In this document: piece after piece, positions 63,820 through 64,000 of the stretch
Layout of the letters: the number at the start of each line of letters is the position of its first letter
How positions within the stretch are numbered: the stretch's first letter is position 1
From: Sphyrna mokarran
Lineage: Eukaryota
DNA: 64,000 bases
Direction of reading: 5' to 3'
Assembly (NCBI GenBank): GCA_024679065.1
Contig: JAGIQG010000003.1
Span: 91,326,001 to 91,390,000 of the forward strand
The notes under the pieces: generated by a model
The model's database searches: none
What the model saw: only the letters and a program-made list of their open reading frames with translations
Told to the model about the DNA's origin: nothing
Translations under genes and position numbers: made by a program

Positions 63820-64000
63820 ATGCGGTGTCTTAATGCTCTCTGAATATCCAGAGTAATTCACAATTGAAGTATTTTTACAGTGTCTCACTATTGTAATATA
63901 AGGAAATGCAGAATTTAGTTTTTACAGAGAAGTCCCACAAACAGCAATGAAATAATGATTTTTATGGCATCGGTTGACAGATAATTATTGTTCAGGTTTT
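63820..64000 (-). mobile_element. DeuSINE-like SINE tail (continues beyond the window)
   Basis: caattgaagtattttt..agtgt..cactattgtaat..aaggaaatgcag...tcccacaaacagcaatg is the reverse complement of the tail at ~7950-8100. Confidence 0.6.

Noticed and set aside
1-64000. CRISPR array, operons, rRNA or true tRNA genes
   Set aside because: This is a eukaryotic repeat landscape with no regularly spaced direct repeats; all tRNA-like segments are SINE heads.

Overview
This is eukaryotic, repeat-dense, essentially non-coding DNA from a cartilaginous fish. HE1-type V-SINEs, HER1/CR1 and L2 LINEs, DeuSINE-like SINEs and the Penelope termini point to a shark, probably a carcharhiniform such as Mustelus (inferred from repeat families only). 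I found no intact protein-coding gene, and the supplied ORFs are repeat-derived or chance. Most of the window is decayed, often nested CR1, L2, L1, SINE, Penelope, Gypsy-LTR and PIF/Harbinger-like fragments. A CpG-enriched promoter/first-exon-like zone of an unidentified + strand gene lies at about 55.8-60.2 kb. The main observation is an old Gypsy-type LTR element (38982-~42360) with two LTRs, a tRNA-Leu-type PBS, a PPT, a gag remnant and a pol tail. Its interior has no RT or integrase and instead carries intronless, rearranged coiled-coil sequence resembling the nuclear-basket protein TPR. A second observation is two copies (5650-6248, 35048-35530) of a V-SINE-like element whose tRNA head is replaced by a 3' splice acceptor and a conserved structured RNA domain. 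Penelope hammerhead ribozyme cores are also present, one inside a 65-bp foldback. Protein homologies come from manual translation against remembered sequences and need database confirmation; most repeat boundaries are approximate.
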